64,000 nucleotides of DNA, from positions 3,392,001 to 3,456,000 of the forward strand of contig OZ253442.1 in NCBI GenBank assembly GCA_965261085.1. Direction: 5' to 3'. Source of the stretch: a bacterium. GTDB lineage: Bacteria > UBA8248. The position numbers and the translations under genes are program-made. The notes below the pieces were generated by a model. The model saw only the letters and a program-made list of their open reading frames with translations. It searched no databases and was not told the origin of the DNA. Positions 1 to 9,848 of this stretch are shown here, one piece after another; position 1 is the stretch's first letter, and the number at the start of each line of letters is the position of its first letter.

Positions 1-245
1 GCCGCATAGGGCTCCGTGCTCGGCCGCATACCCTCGAAGGCGTCCTCGGGAAGCCCGAGGAGAATGCTCCTCGAATCATAGGTGTAGAGAACGCCGCCGC
101 CCATGTAGTAGGCCGAAGCCCCCGGAACGGCGAGCAGAGCGGCCGACACCAGGCCACCTGCGGATGTTTCCGAAACGGCGACCGTCTGCCCCTTATCTTT
201 TAACAATTGCCCGATTTCACCGGCCATTCGCGTGAGCAAATCCAT
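1..245 (-). CDS. CinA C-terminal / PncC (NMN deamidase) family protein, runs off window start
   Basis: Hand translation from ATG at 245 (GGAG RBS upstream): MDLLTRMAGEIGQLLKDKGQTVAVSETSAGGLVSAALLAVPGASAYYMGGGVLYT, which fits the CinA AES-TGG..PGAS motif. Not in the ORF track. Confidence 0.85.
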   Translation of the reverse strand, partial: MDLLTRMAGEIGQLLKDKGQTVAVSETSAGGLVSAALLAVPGASAYYMGGGVLYTYDSRSILLGLPEDAFEGMRPSTEPYA

Positions 246-438
246 GAGGTTCTCCAGATGAGAAAATTTTGAACTTAGAAGGTGGAACAATGGCACATTC
301 TCGCCCTAAAATCACCCTGTCACCGGTATTGGACGCATGAAACGCCAAGGCGGGGGGACTTGTTTCCCACTCGTGATATACTGCGCTCAAAGCACGCTTA
401 TTCCATGAGGATGCCCGAATTCGTGGAGGTAACTTCTT

Positions 439-2766
439 ATGCCCGACGGACGGGACGGGGTCGAAAAACGTCACCACAGTTCCCACTGGGGGGCATTTCA
501 GGCGCATGTGCGCGATGGGCGAATGGTGGGTTTCGAGCCGTTCGCCAAGGACCCGGCGCCCTCCCCCATCCTGAAGTCGATCCAGGACGCCGTTTACGAT
601 GAAAGCCGCGTCTCCCAGCCGATGATCCGCGCGGGCTGGCTCGAAGGCGGCCCCGGCAAAAACACCGAAGGACGCGGCGGCGAGCCTTTCGTGCCCGTCT
701 CCTGGGATTTTGCCCTTAAGACTGTCGCCGACGAAGTAAAGCGCATCACTACCGAACACGGGAATGAATCCATTTTCGCGGGCTCATACGGCTGGGCGAG
801 CGCGGGCCGCTTCCACCATGCGAACACTCTGGTGAAGAGATTCTTCAATTGCTGCGGCGGCTTTACGGATCAGGTGACCACCTACAGCATCGCCGCCGGA
901 TACGTCATCCTCCCCCACGTTCTGGGGGACAACATCGCCTGCTCGGGCCCCATCACGACTTGGGACAGCATTGCGGAAGAGGCCGGGTTGTTCGTGATGT
1001 TCGGCGGGGTTCCGATCAAGAACACACAAGTCGCCTCAGGAGGCGCAGGAGAACACACCCTGGCGCTTTGGCTCGAAAGGGCGATAGCGAACGGCGCGAA
1101 ATTCGTGAACATCAGCCCTTTGAAAGACGATGCACCCGATTTTCTGGACGCCCAGTGGCTCGCCGTGCGCCCCAATACGGACGTGGCGCTTATGCTCGGC
1201 CTCGCCCATGGGCTTTGGGAAGAGAATCTGCACGATACGGATTTCCTCACGCGCTACTGTGTGGGTTTCGATAAATTCGAAGCCTATCTGACGGGCAAAA
1301 TCGACGGCCGGCCTAAGAACGCGGACTGGGCGGCTGCGATTACGGGAATCGAGGCGGACGTCATCCGAAATCTCGCGCGGCGCATGGCAAGCACGCGAAC
1401 CATGCTCAACACGAACTGGTCGCTCCAGCGCGGTGATCATGGCGAGCAGACGTTCTGGATGACCACCACGCTCGCCGCCATGCTCGGGCAAATCGGCCTG
1501 CCCGGCGGCGGATTCGGTTTCGGCTACGGGAGCATGGGCGGGCGCGGGACTCCGCGCGAGAACATCTCAACGCCCAACATGAAGGCCGGGAAAAACCCGA
1601 CGGGCAGCTTCATCCCCGTCGCCCGCATCGCGGACATGATGCTCCACCCGGGCGAGGAATATGACTTCAACGGTGAGCGCCGCACCTACCCGGACATCCG
1701 CATGGTGTACTGGTGCGGGGGCAATCCTTTCCATCACCATCAGGATTTGAACCGCCTAGTGAAGGCGTGGCGGCGACCCGAAACCATCGTAGTTCACGAG
1801 CCCTGGTGGACGTCCACTGCGCGCCATGCGGACATCGTGCTGCCTGCGACCACTACGCTCGAGCGCAACGACATCGGTTCAAGTTCGAGAGACCGCTTCA
1901 TCCTCGCCATGCACAAGGTCATCGAGCCGGTGGGCGACGCACGGCATGATTTCGACATTTTCGCCGACTTGGCCGAACGACTCGGGGTCAAGCGCGAATT
2001 CACCGAAGACCGCGACGAGATGGAATGGCTCCAGCACATCTACGAGGAAGCGCGCCAGAAAGCCGCTTCTAGGGGCGTGGTTCTGGACATTTTCGAGCAT
2101 TTCTGGGAGACCGGGCATACCGAAGTCGCCCCGCCGGAGACGCCGCACGTCTACCTGGCCGATTTCAGGGAAGACCCGGAAAAAAATCCGCTCAAGACGC
2201 CTTCCGGGAAAATCGAGGTGTACTCCGAGCGCATCGAGAGCTTCCGGTACGCCGATTGCCCGCCCCATCCCACCTGGCTCGAACCCGTAGAATGGCTGGG
2301 AAGCGAACTGGCGGAGAAATTTCCGCTGCACCTGATCTCGAACCAGCCGCGCACGAGACTGCACGGCCAGATGGACAACGGAACCACCAGCCTCGAAAGC
2401 AAGATTCAAGGCAGGGAGCCGGTGTGGATTCACCCCGATGACGCTGCCGCACGGGGAATTGAAGGTGGCGACGTCGTCAAGATTTTCAACGAGCGCGGGG
2501 CCATCCTCGCGGGAGCCGTCATCACAGAGGGGCTCCTCCCCGGGGTGATTCAACTCTCCACTGGCGCCTGGTATGACCCGCAGGAACCCGGGAAAATCGG
2601 TGCGCTCGACAAGCACGGAAACCCCAACGTACTGACGCCCGACAAGGGAACCTCCAGCCTCGGCCAGGGCCCAAGCGCGCACAGCGCGCTGGTGGAAATG
2701 GAGCGCTACGAGGAAGAGCTTCCCGAAATCACGATATTTCAACCCCCATCCTTCATTGAGGCGTAA
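439..2766 (+). CDS. DMSO-reductase-family molybdoenzyme, BisC/TorZ-like S-/N-oxide reductase, cytoplasmic
   Basis: SHWG N-terminus, GSYGWASAGRFHHA, TYS Ser-ligand region, GNPFHHHQD, ADIVLPATT, RLHGQ; no Tat signal or Fe-S motif. Confidence 0.9.
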   Translation: MPDGRDGVEKRHHSSHWGAFQAHVRDGRMVGFEPFAKDPAPSPILKSIQDAVYDESRVSQPMIRAGWLEGGPGKNTEGRGGEPFVPVSWDFALKTVADEVKRITTEHGNESIFAGSYGWASAGRFHHANTLVKRFFNCCGGFTDQVTTYSIAAGYVILPHVLGDNIACSGPITTWDSIAEEAGLFVMFGGVPIKNTQVASGGAGEHTLALWLERAIANGAKFVNISPLKDDAPDFLDAQWLAVRPNTDVALMLGLAHGLWEENLHDTDFLTRYCVGFDKFEAYLTGKIDGRPKNADWAAAITGIEADVIRNLARRMASTRTMLNTNWSLQRGDHGEQTFWMTTTLAAMLGQIGLPGGGFGFGYGSMGGRGTPRENISTPNMKAGKNPTGSFIPVARIADMMLHPGEEYDFNGERRTYPDIRMVYWCGGNPFHHHQDLNRLVKAWRRPETIVVHEPWWTSTARHADIVLPATTTLERNDIGSSSRDRFILAMHKVIEPVGDARHDFDIFADLAERLGVKREFTEDRDEMEWLQHIYEEARQKAASRGVVLDIFEHFWETGHTEVAPPETPHVYLADFREDPEKNPLKTPSGKIEVYSERIESFRYADCPPHPTWLEPVEWLGSELAEKFPLHLISNQPRTRLHGQMDNGTTSLESKIQGREPVWIHPDDAAARGIEGGDVVKIFNERGAILAGAVITEGLLPGVIQLSTGAWYDPQEPGKIGALDKHGNPNVLTPDKGTSSLGQGPSAHSALVEMERYEEELPEITIFQPPSFIEA

Positions 2767-4158
2767 ATGTCAAATAAATTCTTTTCAGACCACGCAAAGT
2801 GGCCCCGGTGCGTTTCGGGGGGGCCTTTCCTGTTCTTCAGCGGGCGGATGGGAATGCACCCGCAAACGGGGAACATCTGCACCAAGTACGCCGAAATCGG
2901 AGACAAAGGGCCTGCGCGGACCAAAAATTACCCCTGGGTCGACAAGATCGAAGCGCCCATCGGAGCTCAGGCCATCGCTACCTATGAGGGCGTGGGGGAA
3001 ACGCTTGAGGCAAACGGCGGTGGGCTGGAGAATCTGCTCAGGTTTCATCTGTATCAGCTCGACAAGCGCTTTTTCCCGGTGTTCGACAGCATCAGGCGCC
3101 ACTATGAACCTGCGGCCCCCACGCCGAGCACCGCCGTGGGCATGGGCGCGTTCGACCCGGAGAGAACAGTGCGCTTCAACATCGACGGCATCGCCCTGAA
3201 TCCCAAAGCGGCGGAAACTTTGGGGGAAAGAATGGTGCATGAAGGCTCAAAGGCGCATTCGGCCGCCGCTCATTTCTCCCACGTCGTGGGCGCGGGGCCG
3301 TACCTGTTCGTCGCCGGGCAGATTCCGACGGATACCTCCAAACCCGGCTCTCCCCTCATTCGCAATTATCCTGATATCCCTAAAAAGGGGAGATTCCTCT
3401 CCGTAGGCCAGAGCCACGAGGACAGCCGAAACGGCCCCATCGCCGCGCAATCGTGGTTCGTGTACGACCTCATCCGAAAACATCTGGAGGGCTCGGGCTC
3501 TTCTCTTAAAAACATCCTGAACCTCACCGTCTATCTCCAGGACATGCGGGATTTCCCCACCTTCCACCGCATCCACGAGAGATTTTTCCAAAAAGACCCG
3601 CCAGCCCTTACGGTGATGCAGGTGGCGGAAGTCGGCCACAAGGGGGAGAAAATTGAAATCGAGCCCACGGCGTTGACGAACAAAGGGGACTTCAAGCGCG
3701 AGGTGATCCGCGGCGACGATGGATCAGGCGCGCAGATGAGCCTCGGTATCGAGGCGGGCGGTCTTTTGTTCCTCTCAAACCTTGTCGGCCTGAACGAAGA
3801 CGGTGAACCGATTAGCAAAAGAAGTGAATTGAGGGGAGCGCTCCGCAAGAAACTACCGAAAGCATCTTCGCCATCGACGAAAAACGCGGTCTTACAGGGG
3901 CTGGATATTCTGGATCGGATGGAAAGCGCGATGAAAGCCGCAGACTCCGATATGAGCCGGGTGACGCACCTGACCCTGTTTCTCCAGAACATCGCTCACC
4001 TATCGGCGCTCGAGCCTTTGTTCAGAAAGTACTTTCCGAAACGAAGGCCGGCCTTCACGGCGATACAGATACCGGAGCCCTCGCCCGTCGCGGGTACGGA
4101 AGTCTCGATTACGGCCATCGGGTGGATAGGCGATGGCGAGCCGGAAATCGTCGCCTAA
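2767..4158 (+). CDS. Protein with three tandem RidA/YjgF/UK114-like domains
   Basis: Three repeats of the Rid pattern: FLFFSGRM, YLFVAGQIP, LLFLSNLVG, each followed by a G..L..I...T.YL.D-like segment and P..T. Abuts the upstream stop (TAAATG). Confidence 0.8.
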   Translation: MSNKFFSDHAKWPRCVSGGPFLFFSGRMGMHPQTGNICTKYAEIGDKGPARTKNYPWVDKIEAPIGAQAIATYEGVGETLEANGGGLENLLRFHLYQLDKRFFPVFDSIRRHYEPAAPTPSTAVGMGAFDPERTVRFNIDGIALNPKAAETLGERMVHEGSKAHSAAAHFSHVVGAGPYLFVAGQIPTDTSKPGSPLIRNYPDIPKKGRFLSVGQSHEDSRNGPIAAQSWFVYDLIRKHLEGSGSSLKNILNLTVYLQDMRDFPTFHRIHERFFQKDPPALTVMQVAEVGHKGEKIEIEPTALTNKGDFKREVIRGDDGSGAQMSLGIEAGGLLFLSNLVGLNEDGEPISKRSELRGALRKKLPKASSPSTKNAVLQGLDILDRMESAMKAADSDMSRVTHLTLFLQNIAHLSALEPLFRKYFPKRRPAFTAIQIPEPSPVAGTEVSITAIGWIGDGEPEIVA

Positions 4159-4255
4159 GGCTACCCCGCATCGCAGACCCTGTGACCGGCGAGGTCTTCG
4201 ATGAGTGTGGCGAAGCCGCTGTGGTCCAGTTCTCCGCGATCCGCAGCCTGGAAAA

Positions 4256-5593
4256 TTACTCGCCGAGTCGGGCCTCCAGCCATTTCGCCGTCCGAAGCAG
4301 CCTGGCGTCGTCTCCCTTAGGCCCCACGAGTTGAACCCCGAGCGGCATCCCGTCCGCTCCCTTCATCAAGGGGAGCGTTACGGCCGGCGTTCCGCACAAA
4401 GTCCAGATGGTGCAAAAAATCGGATTCCCCGTCGTGCCGAGCCCGAGCGGCGCCTGCCCCGGCGCAGGTGGTGTGAGTAGGGCGTCGAACCGCTCGAACA
4501 TCTCTCCCAGCAAACCGTTCAGCACAGGCACCCGTTCCACCGCCCGGGTGTAATCCACCGCAAGATATTTTTGGCCGCGTTCGATCATCTTGCACAGAAG
4601 ATCGCTTATCTTGTCCTTGCCGCGTACGTATTCCATCTCGAAATTTCGCGCGAGGTTCGATTCCAGGATGATTTGGTGCCACTCGATTGCGTTGTTGAAG
4701 GGCTCGGGTAGTTCGACCTCCTCCACTATCTCCTCGCCCAGATGCGCCGCCAATTCCTCAAAGGCCGCCTGCGCGTCCTCATCGGCCTGATTCCAGACGG
4801 GCGTTTTCACGAACGCAAAGCGCGGGGTGACCGGAGGCTCCGAGGCGGCGATTTCCCGCAGTCTCGGGGCCGCGCGATGCCACATATCCGGATCGCGCGC
4901 GTCAAAGACCATCAACTGATCGCCCAGGAAGGCGAGGTCCTCGACCGAGCGTCCGAAAAGACCCACGTGGTCGATCGGCCTCGACTGCGGAAGCATTCCG
5001 TAGCGTGAAATTGATCCGAACGTGGGCTTGAAGCCACAGACACCGCAATAAGAGGCGGGCCGTATGACGGAGCCGTTCGTCTGGCTCCCCACCGCCACGG
5101 GAACCATACAGGAGGCGACGGAGGCGGCCGAACCGCTCGACGAACCGCCGGGCGTGCGCGTCGGATCGTGGGGGTTCTTCGTCTTGCCGGGAGCATAGAC
5201 GGCGAACTCCGTCGTCACGGTTTTCCCCATGATGACGGCGCCGGCGCTTTTGAGCAGGGATACGACCGCGGCATCCTCGGTGGGCCGGCGGCCCGCGTGA
5301 AGGGGGGAGCCGTTCTCGGTCGGCAGAGCGGCGGTGTCGATGATGTCCTTGATTCCGACGGGAACCCCGTGAAATGGACCAAGGGCCTTCCCTTCCCCTC
5401 TGGCGAGGTCGGCCTCTCTGGCCTGCGTCAGGGCGAACTCCTTGTCCAGGTGCTCCCAGGCGCCGATTTGCTCTTCTTGCTCCTCGATGCGGGCCAGACA
5501 CGCCTCGACGAGTTCCTCCGAGGTCAATTCGCCTTCGCGAATCGCCTCTGCGGCGCGAAGGGCGCTCATTTGAGCAGGATTCATCTCTTCCAT
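4256..5593 (-). CDS. Amidase signature family protein
   Basis: GVPVGIKD, TPGGSSSGS, GSQTNGSVIRPAS; ATG at 5593 with GGAGG RBS. Confidence 0.9.
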   Translation of the reverse strand: MEEMNPAQMSALRAAEAIREGELTSEELVEACLARIEEQEEQIGAWEHLDKEFALTQAREADLARGEGKALGPFHGVPVGIKDIIDTAALPTENGSPLHAGRRPTEDAAVVSLLKSAGAVIMGKTVTTEFAVYAPGKTKNPHDPTRTPGGSSSGSAASVASCMVPVAVGSQTNGSVIRPASYCGVCGFKPTFGSISRYGMLPQSRPIDHVGLFGRSVEDLAFLGDQLMVFDARDPDMWHRAAPRLREIAASEPPVTPRFAFVKTPVWNQADEDAQAAFEELAAHLGEEIVEEVELPEPFNNAIEWHQIILESNLARNFEMEYVRGKDKISDLLCKMIERGQKYLAVDYTRAVERVPVLNGLLGEMFERFDALLTPPAPGQAPLGLGTTGNPIFCTIWTLCGTPAVTLPLMKGADGMPLGVQLVGPKGDDARLLRTAKWLEARLGE

Positions 5594-5654
5594 CAAACTA
5601 TTCCTCCAATCAGGGCGCTTCGCGCAGTCAGTTGTTTTCCTTGCCATTCTTCGA

Positions 5655-6554
5655 TCATCGGGGACGCTCCGCCGCGCCCAGCAACATGGCCACCGCGGCG
5701 AAATCCAAATCCCCCAGACCATCGCGCGAAGCCATGCGGTAGACCTGGTTCGCGGCTGCGCCGGAAGGACACGGCAACCCCAGGGACATGAGAGCGGAAA
5801 CGGCCAGGGACATATCCTTGAGCATCAAATCCACCGTAAAGCCCGCCTCGAAATCCTTGCTCGAAGGCGCGCCCTCGATGAGGCCGGGGCAAGGCGGGTC
5901 TTTTTCCATCACCCAGCTTCCGCCACTGCTCGTGCGTATCACCTCGTGGAGAATTTTGGTATCCACGCCCGACGCCTTGCCCATGGCGAACGCCTCCGCA
6001 GCCGCCACCATGGTGACGCCCGCTATTAAATTGTTGCAGAGTTTCGCGACCTGCCCCGCGCCGTACTCTCCGACGTGGATGATGTTTTTCCCCAGCAACG
6101 CCAGAACGGGCTGCGCCGCATCGAACGCCTCTTTCGGCCCCCCGACCATGATGGTGAGGCTCGCCGCCTCAGCGCCCATCACCCCGCCCGAGACGGGCGC
6201 GTCAATCGCCACCGCTCCGCGCTCAGTCGCTTCGGCGGCGAGTTTGCGGCTCTGCTCGGGCTCTATGGTGGAGAGGTCGACCAGCAAGCCGCCCTCGCCC
6301 ACGGCTTCCATGAGGCCTCCCTCGCCCAGGTAGACCACATCCACCTCGGCTCCCGTGGGCAAGGAAGTGAACACGATCTCGCAAGTAGCGGCGAGTTCCG
6401 CAGGGCCAGACGCCTCGGAGGCGCCATGAGAAACGGCGCTCTCCACGGCTTCGCGGCCGACGTCCACCACGCCCACTTCATGTCCCGCATTGATGAGGTG
6501 CGGCACCATGCGGCCACCCATTGCTCCGACTCCTACAAAACCCAATCGCTTCAT
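5655..6554 (-). CDS. 3-hydroxyisobutyrate dehydrogenase family (MmsB-like) NAD-dependent oxidoreductase
   Basis: GFVGVGAMG, DAPVSGG, KLCNN, GFTVDLMLKD. Confidence 0.9.
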   Translation of the reverse strand: MKRLGFVGVGAMGGRMVPHLINAGHEVGVVDVGREAVESAVSHGASEASGPAELAATCEIVFTSLPTGAEVDVVYLGEGGLMEAVGEGGLLVDLSTIEPEQSRKLAAEATERGAVAIDAPVSGGVMGAEAASLTIMVGGPKEAFDAAQPVLALLGKNIIHVGEYGAGQVAKLCNNLIAGVTMVAAAEAFAMGKASGVDTKILHEVIRTSSGGSWVMEKDPPCPGLIEGAPSSKDFEAGFTVDLMLKDMSLAVSALMSLGLPCPSGAAANQVYRMASRDGLGDLDFAAVAMLLGAAERPR

Positions 6555-6601
6555 CAGATATCCTCCACGAATAATTTTCTCATTTTCATTCTCATCAAAT
6601 C

Positions 6602-7981
6602 TTAACCCGCCCTCGATAGAAATTCTTCCGCCACCGCGCACAGGAATCCCTCCCTGAAGGCGGGCGCAAGGAGGGTCACTCCGATGGGCAGCCCGTTTGC
6701 ATAAAAACCATTGGGGATGGCGATGGCGCATAAATCCAGCAAATTCACAAAATTCGTATACATCCCCAGATTCGCGTTCAAGGCGACGGGGTCGGCATTC
6801 ACCTCGTCTATCGTATAGGCCGTGGGCGTGGTGGGGACCGCCAGAAAATCGACCTCACACCAGACTTCTCCCGCCTCGCGTTTTAGTTCCTCCAGGCGAT
6901 AGAAGGCCCGGAAAGCATCGACCGCCGAGTATCGGGCGGCGCCCGCAATCAACTCCCGCGTTACGGGATGAAGGGCTTCCGGCTTCTTCCTATAAAATTC
7001 TTCAATCGCCGCCAGACGCTCCGCCACCCAAGGACCTCCGTACAGGAGTTCCGCTGTCTCGAAAAAAGATGAAAAATCGACCTCCCGCACGGCCACGCCC
7101 ATCTCCGCGATACGCTCGACCCCCCGCTCATAGGCCCTTTTCGCTTCCTCGTCTCCCAGGAAGTCTCTTTGTTCGGGAAGGGGCGCACCAGCTTTCAATC
7201 CCTTTGGCAGATCAGCCGTCATCTCCAGGGACGCTCCCGCCGGAAGAGCGCGGCTATAGGGGTCCTCATCCGGGACGGCCATCCTCTCGAACGCGCAATG
7301 TGCGTCCGAAACTTCTGCGGCGAAAACCGAGACGCAATCGAGCGTGCGGCAAGCAGGAACCACGCCACACGCGCTCACCAGTCCTCGTGAGGGCTTGAGA
7401 CCCACGATGTTGTTGAACCCGGCAGGCACTCGGCCCGAACCGGCCGTGTCCGTGCCGAGCGCGAAACTCACCAGACCCGCCGCGACGGCCACGGTCGAGC
7501 CCGAACTCGAACCTCCCGGAATGTAGTCAGGGTGAAACGGGTTTTCGGCGACACCATACGGCGTGCGAACACCCACGAGACCCAAGGCGAACTGATCCAG
7601 GTTCGTCTTCCCGACGAAAACGGCTCCTGCGTCGAGCAGATGCTCTACGCAGGGAGCGCTCTCATCGGGCGTATAGGCGTATTCGGGACACGCCGCCGTC
7701 GTCGGAATGCCCGCGACGTCGATGTTGTCTTTCACCGCAAACGGAACACCGAATAGAGGCAGTTCAGGCGCATCCGCGCTGCGAGCTTCCAACTCTTGCG
7801 CGCGCGCGAGTAATTTATCCTCAGGCTCAACGTGAATCCACACGCCGTCTTCACCGCGCGCGGTGATTCGCCGATAAACCTCAAGAACGATGTCCACCGG
7901 TGTTCGCTCGCCTGAGGAATATGCTTGCCGGAGCCTGGAGAATCTCATCTCCTCCACGTGCGGCGCGACGCCCTTCATCAT
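6602..7981 (-). CDS. Allophanate hydrolase (AtzF)-like amidase, N-terminal amidase domain only
   Basis: PLFGVPFAVKDNIDVAG.PTTAACP, GKTNLDQFA.GLVG.RTPYG, GTDTAGSGRVPA, YTNFVNLLDL. Confidence 0.85.
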   Translation of the reverse strand: MMKGVAPHVEEMRFSRLRQAYSSGERTPVDIVLEVYRRITARGEDGVWIHVEPEDKLLARAQELEARSADAPELPLFGVPFAVKDNIDVAGIPTTAACPEYAYTPDESAPCVEHLLDAGAVFVGKTNLDQFALGLVGVRTPYGVAENPFHPDYIPGGSSSGSTVAVAAGLVSFALGTDTAGSGRVPAGFNNIVGLKPSRGLVSACGVVPACRTLDCVSVFAAEVSDAHCAFERMAVPDEDPYSRALPAGASLEMTADLPKGLKAGAPLPEQRDFLGDEEAKRAYERGVERIAEMGVAVREVDFSSFFETAELLYGGPWVAERLAAIEEFYRKKPEALHPVTRELIAGAARYSAVDAFRAFYRLEELKREAGEVWCEVDFLAVPTTPTAYTIDEVNADPVALNANLGMYTNFVNLLDLCAIAIPNGFYANGLPIGVTLLAPAFREGFLCAVAEEFLSRAG

Positions 7982-8053
7982 CTGGAATTCCCAGCTTTCA
8001 CAACTTTCTCCCCGTACGAATCTTTCCCATGTTAAGCCCGGCGCCCGGCCCCA

Positions 8054-9601
8054 TCATCCATCGCTCTCTTGGGATTCGTGCTCCAGCATCTCACGAAGCG
8101 CCGTTTTGAGAACTTTTCCATAATTATTCTTGGGCAAGGCCTCGATGAAACGATACGCCCGGGGACGCTTGAAGCGCGCAATGTGCTCGAGACACAAGCT
8201 GTCGAGTTCTTCCTCACTCAAACCTCGCCCGTCTTTGCGCACCACGAAGGCCATGACCTCCTCTCCCCAATCCGGGTGAGGACGCCCGATGACGGAGACC
8301 TCCAAAACATCTTCATGGCGGAGCAGCACTTCCTCCACCTCGCGGGGATAGATGTTGCTGCCGCCGCTGATGATGAGATCTTTGGAGCGATCCTTGAGGG
8401 TGAGAAAACCATCCGAATCCATCACCCCCACGTCGCCCGTGTGGAGCCACCCGCCTTTGAGCGCGCTCGCCGTGGCTTCGGGGTTGTTCCAATAGCCTTT
8501 CATGACGACGTCGCCGCGCACGAGCACCTCGCCGGTCTCTCCGGGCGGCAGGGTGTTGTCCTCAGAATCGACCACGCGCACTTCGACCACGGTGTGCGGC
8601 ACCCCGACGGATGCGAGCCGCTCCTCATAGCGCGGGTGATCCGTATCGACGTGCCGCTCTCTGGAGACAACCGTGATGGTCATGGGGCTTTCCCCCTGTC
8701 CGTATACCTGAACGAGCTTGTTGCCCAGAGCCTCCATAGCCTTTTTGAGGTCTTCCACGTACATCGGGCCGCCGCCATAGGCGATGGTCTTCAAATTCTC
8801 TGTATTCGCATCCCTGAGGGCCTCGCTCTGAATCAGGCGCGTCACCATGGTGGGCGCTGCGAAAATGGTGACGCCCGGGTAGGCCTCGATGAGCCGAAAT
8901 ATCTCCGCAGGCTCGAACCCGCCGCTTTCGGGGACGATGTTGTTCGCGGCCTTATAGACGTGGGGGATGGCGTACAGACCGGAACCGTGGGACATGGGCG
9001 CGGCGTGCAGAATGCAATCGTTCTCCGATATCGGATCGACGTCGGCGAAATAACTCAAGGACATGCTGTGGAGATTCTGGTGGGTGAGCATGGCGCCCTT
9101 CGGCCTGCCCGTCGTGCCGCTCGTATAGAAAAGCCAGGCCAAGTCATCCGGCCCCTGTGGTTCGATGGGGTCGGCCTCTCGGGATTGGAGCGCCCGATAC
9201 TCGGGGGTATCTACCTCCATCACGCTTTCCAAGGACTTGATTTCATCGGCAAGCGGCACAACCGTCTCCATGAGATCGGAAGTGGCGAAGCAACAGCGCG
9301 CGCCCGCATTATCAAGGATAAAGGCCATCTCTCTGGGGTGGAGTTTCGCGTTGATGGGCAAGGCGCAACACCCTGCATGCCATATGGCGTAGAGGACCTC
9401 TAAAAACGCCGGGCAATTCTTCATGGTGATGGCCACGCGATCTCCGGGCATGAGTCCGAGTTCGTTTCTCAGATAACCCGCTATAGAGGCCGCCCTGCGG
9501 GCAAGCGCCTCATACGTACAATGAACCGCTTCACCCGAGGAAATGGCCGGCCGCTCGCCACAGGCTCTCGCCGCTCGGGCCAAAAACTCCGCCATGTTCA
9601 T
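8054..9601 (-). CDS. AMP-dependent acyl-CoA synthetase/ligase
   Basis: YTSGTTGRPKG, YGQGE, GWLHTGD, DRSKDLIISGG, PKNNYGK. Confidence 0.92.
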   Translation of the reverse strand: MNMAEFLARAARACGERPAISSGEAVHCTYEALARRAASIAGYLRNELGLMPGDRVAITMKNCPAFLEVLYAIWHAGCCALPINAKLHPREMAFILDNAGARCCFATSDLMETVVPLADEIKSLESVMEVDTPEYRALQSREADPIEPQGPDDLAWLFYTSGTTGRPKGAMLTHQNLHSMSLSYFADVDPISENDCILHAAPMSHGSGLYAIPHVYKAANNIVPESGGFEPAEIFRLIEAYPGVTIFAAPTMVTRLIQSEALRDANTENLKTIAYGGGPMYVEDLKKAMEALGNKLVQVYGQGESPMTITVVSRERHVDTDHPRYEERLASVGVPHTVVEVRVVDSEDNTLPPGETGEVLVRGDVVMKGYWNNPEATASALKGGWLHTGDVGVMDSDGFLTLKDRSKDLIISGGSNIYPREVEEVLLRHEDVLEVSVIGRPHPDWGEEVMAFVVRKDGRGLSEEELDSLCLEHIARFKRPRAYRFIEALPKNNYGKVLKTALREMLEHESQESDG

Positions 9602-9848
9602 TCTAAACCACCCTCCCGGAAGTCACGGCCCATGATTCGCGCAATCACGCGGCTACATGGGCAATTCATCGCTGGAAGACCTTTTCGCCTCATGGCCTGA
9701 TGATAAGCCATATCCGAATCCATGAATATGCGCTAGTATTAAAGCATATATCAGCGTTTCGTGGAGCGCGGCTTCTGCCGAGAAAACCGCATTTGCGAGA
9801 GGAGCGCGTAGAGCGTCCTTTCTTCCGATACCCAGGGAGGCAACCCCC

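Noticed and set aside
8069-9403. Long antisense ORFs (also 39441-40673, 43617-45789, 30471-31517 and others)
   Set aside because: They shadow well-supported genes on the opposite strand, as expected in GC-rich DNA, and show no family motifs.
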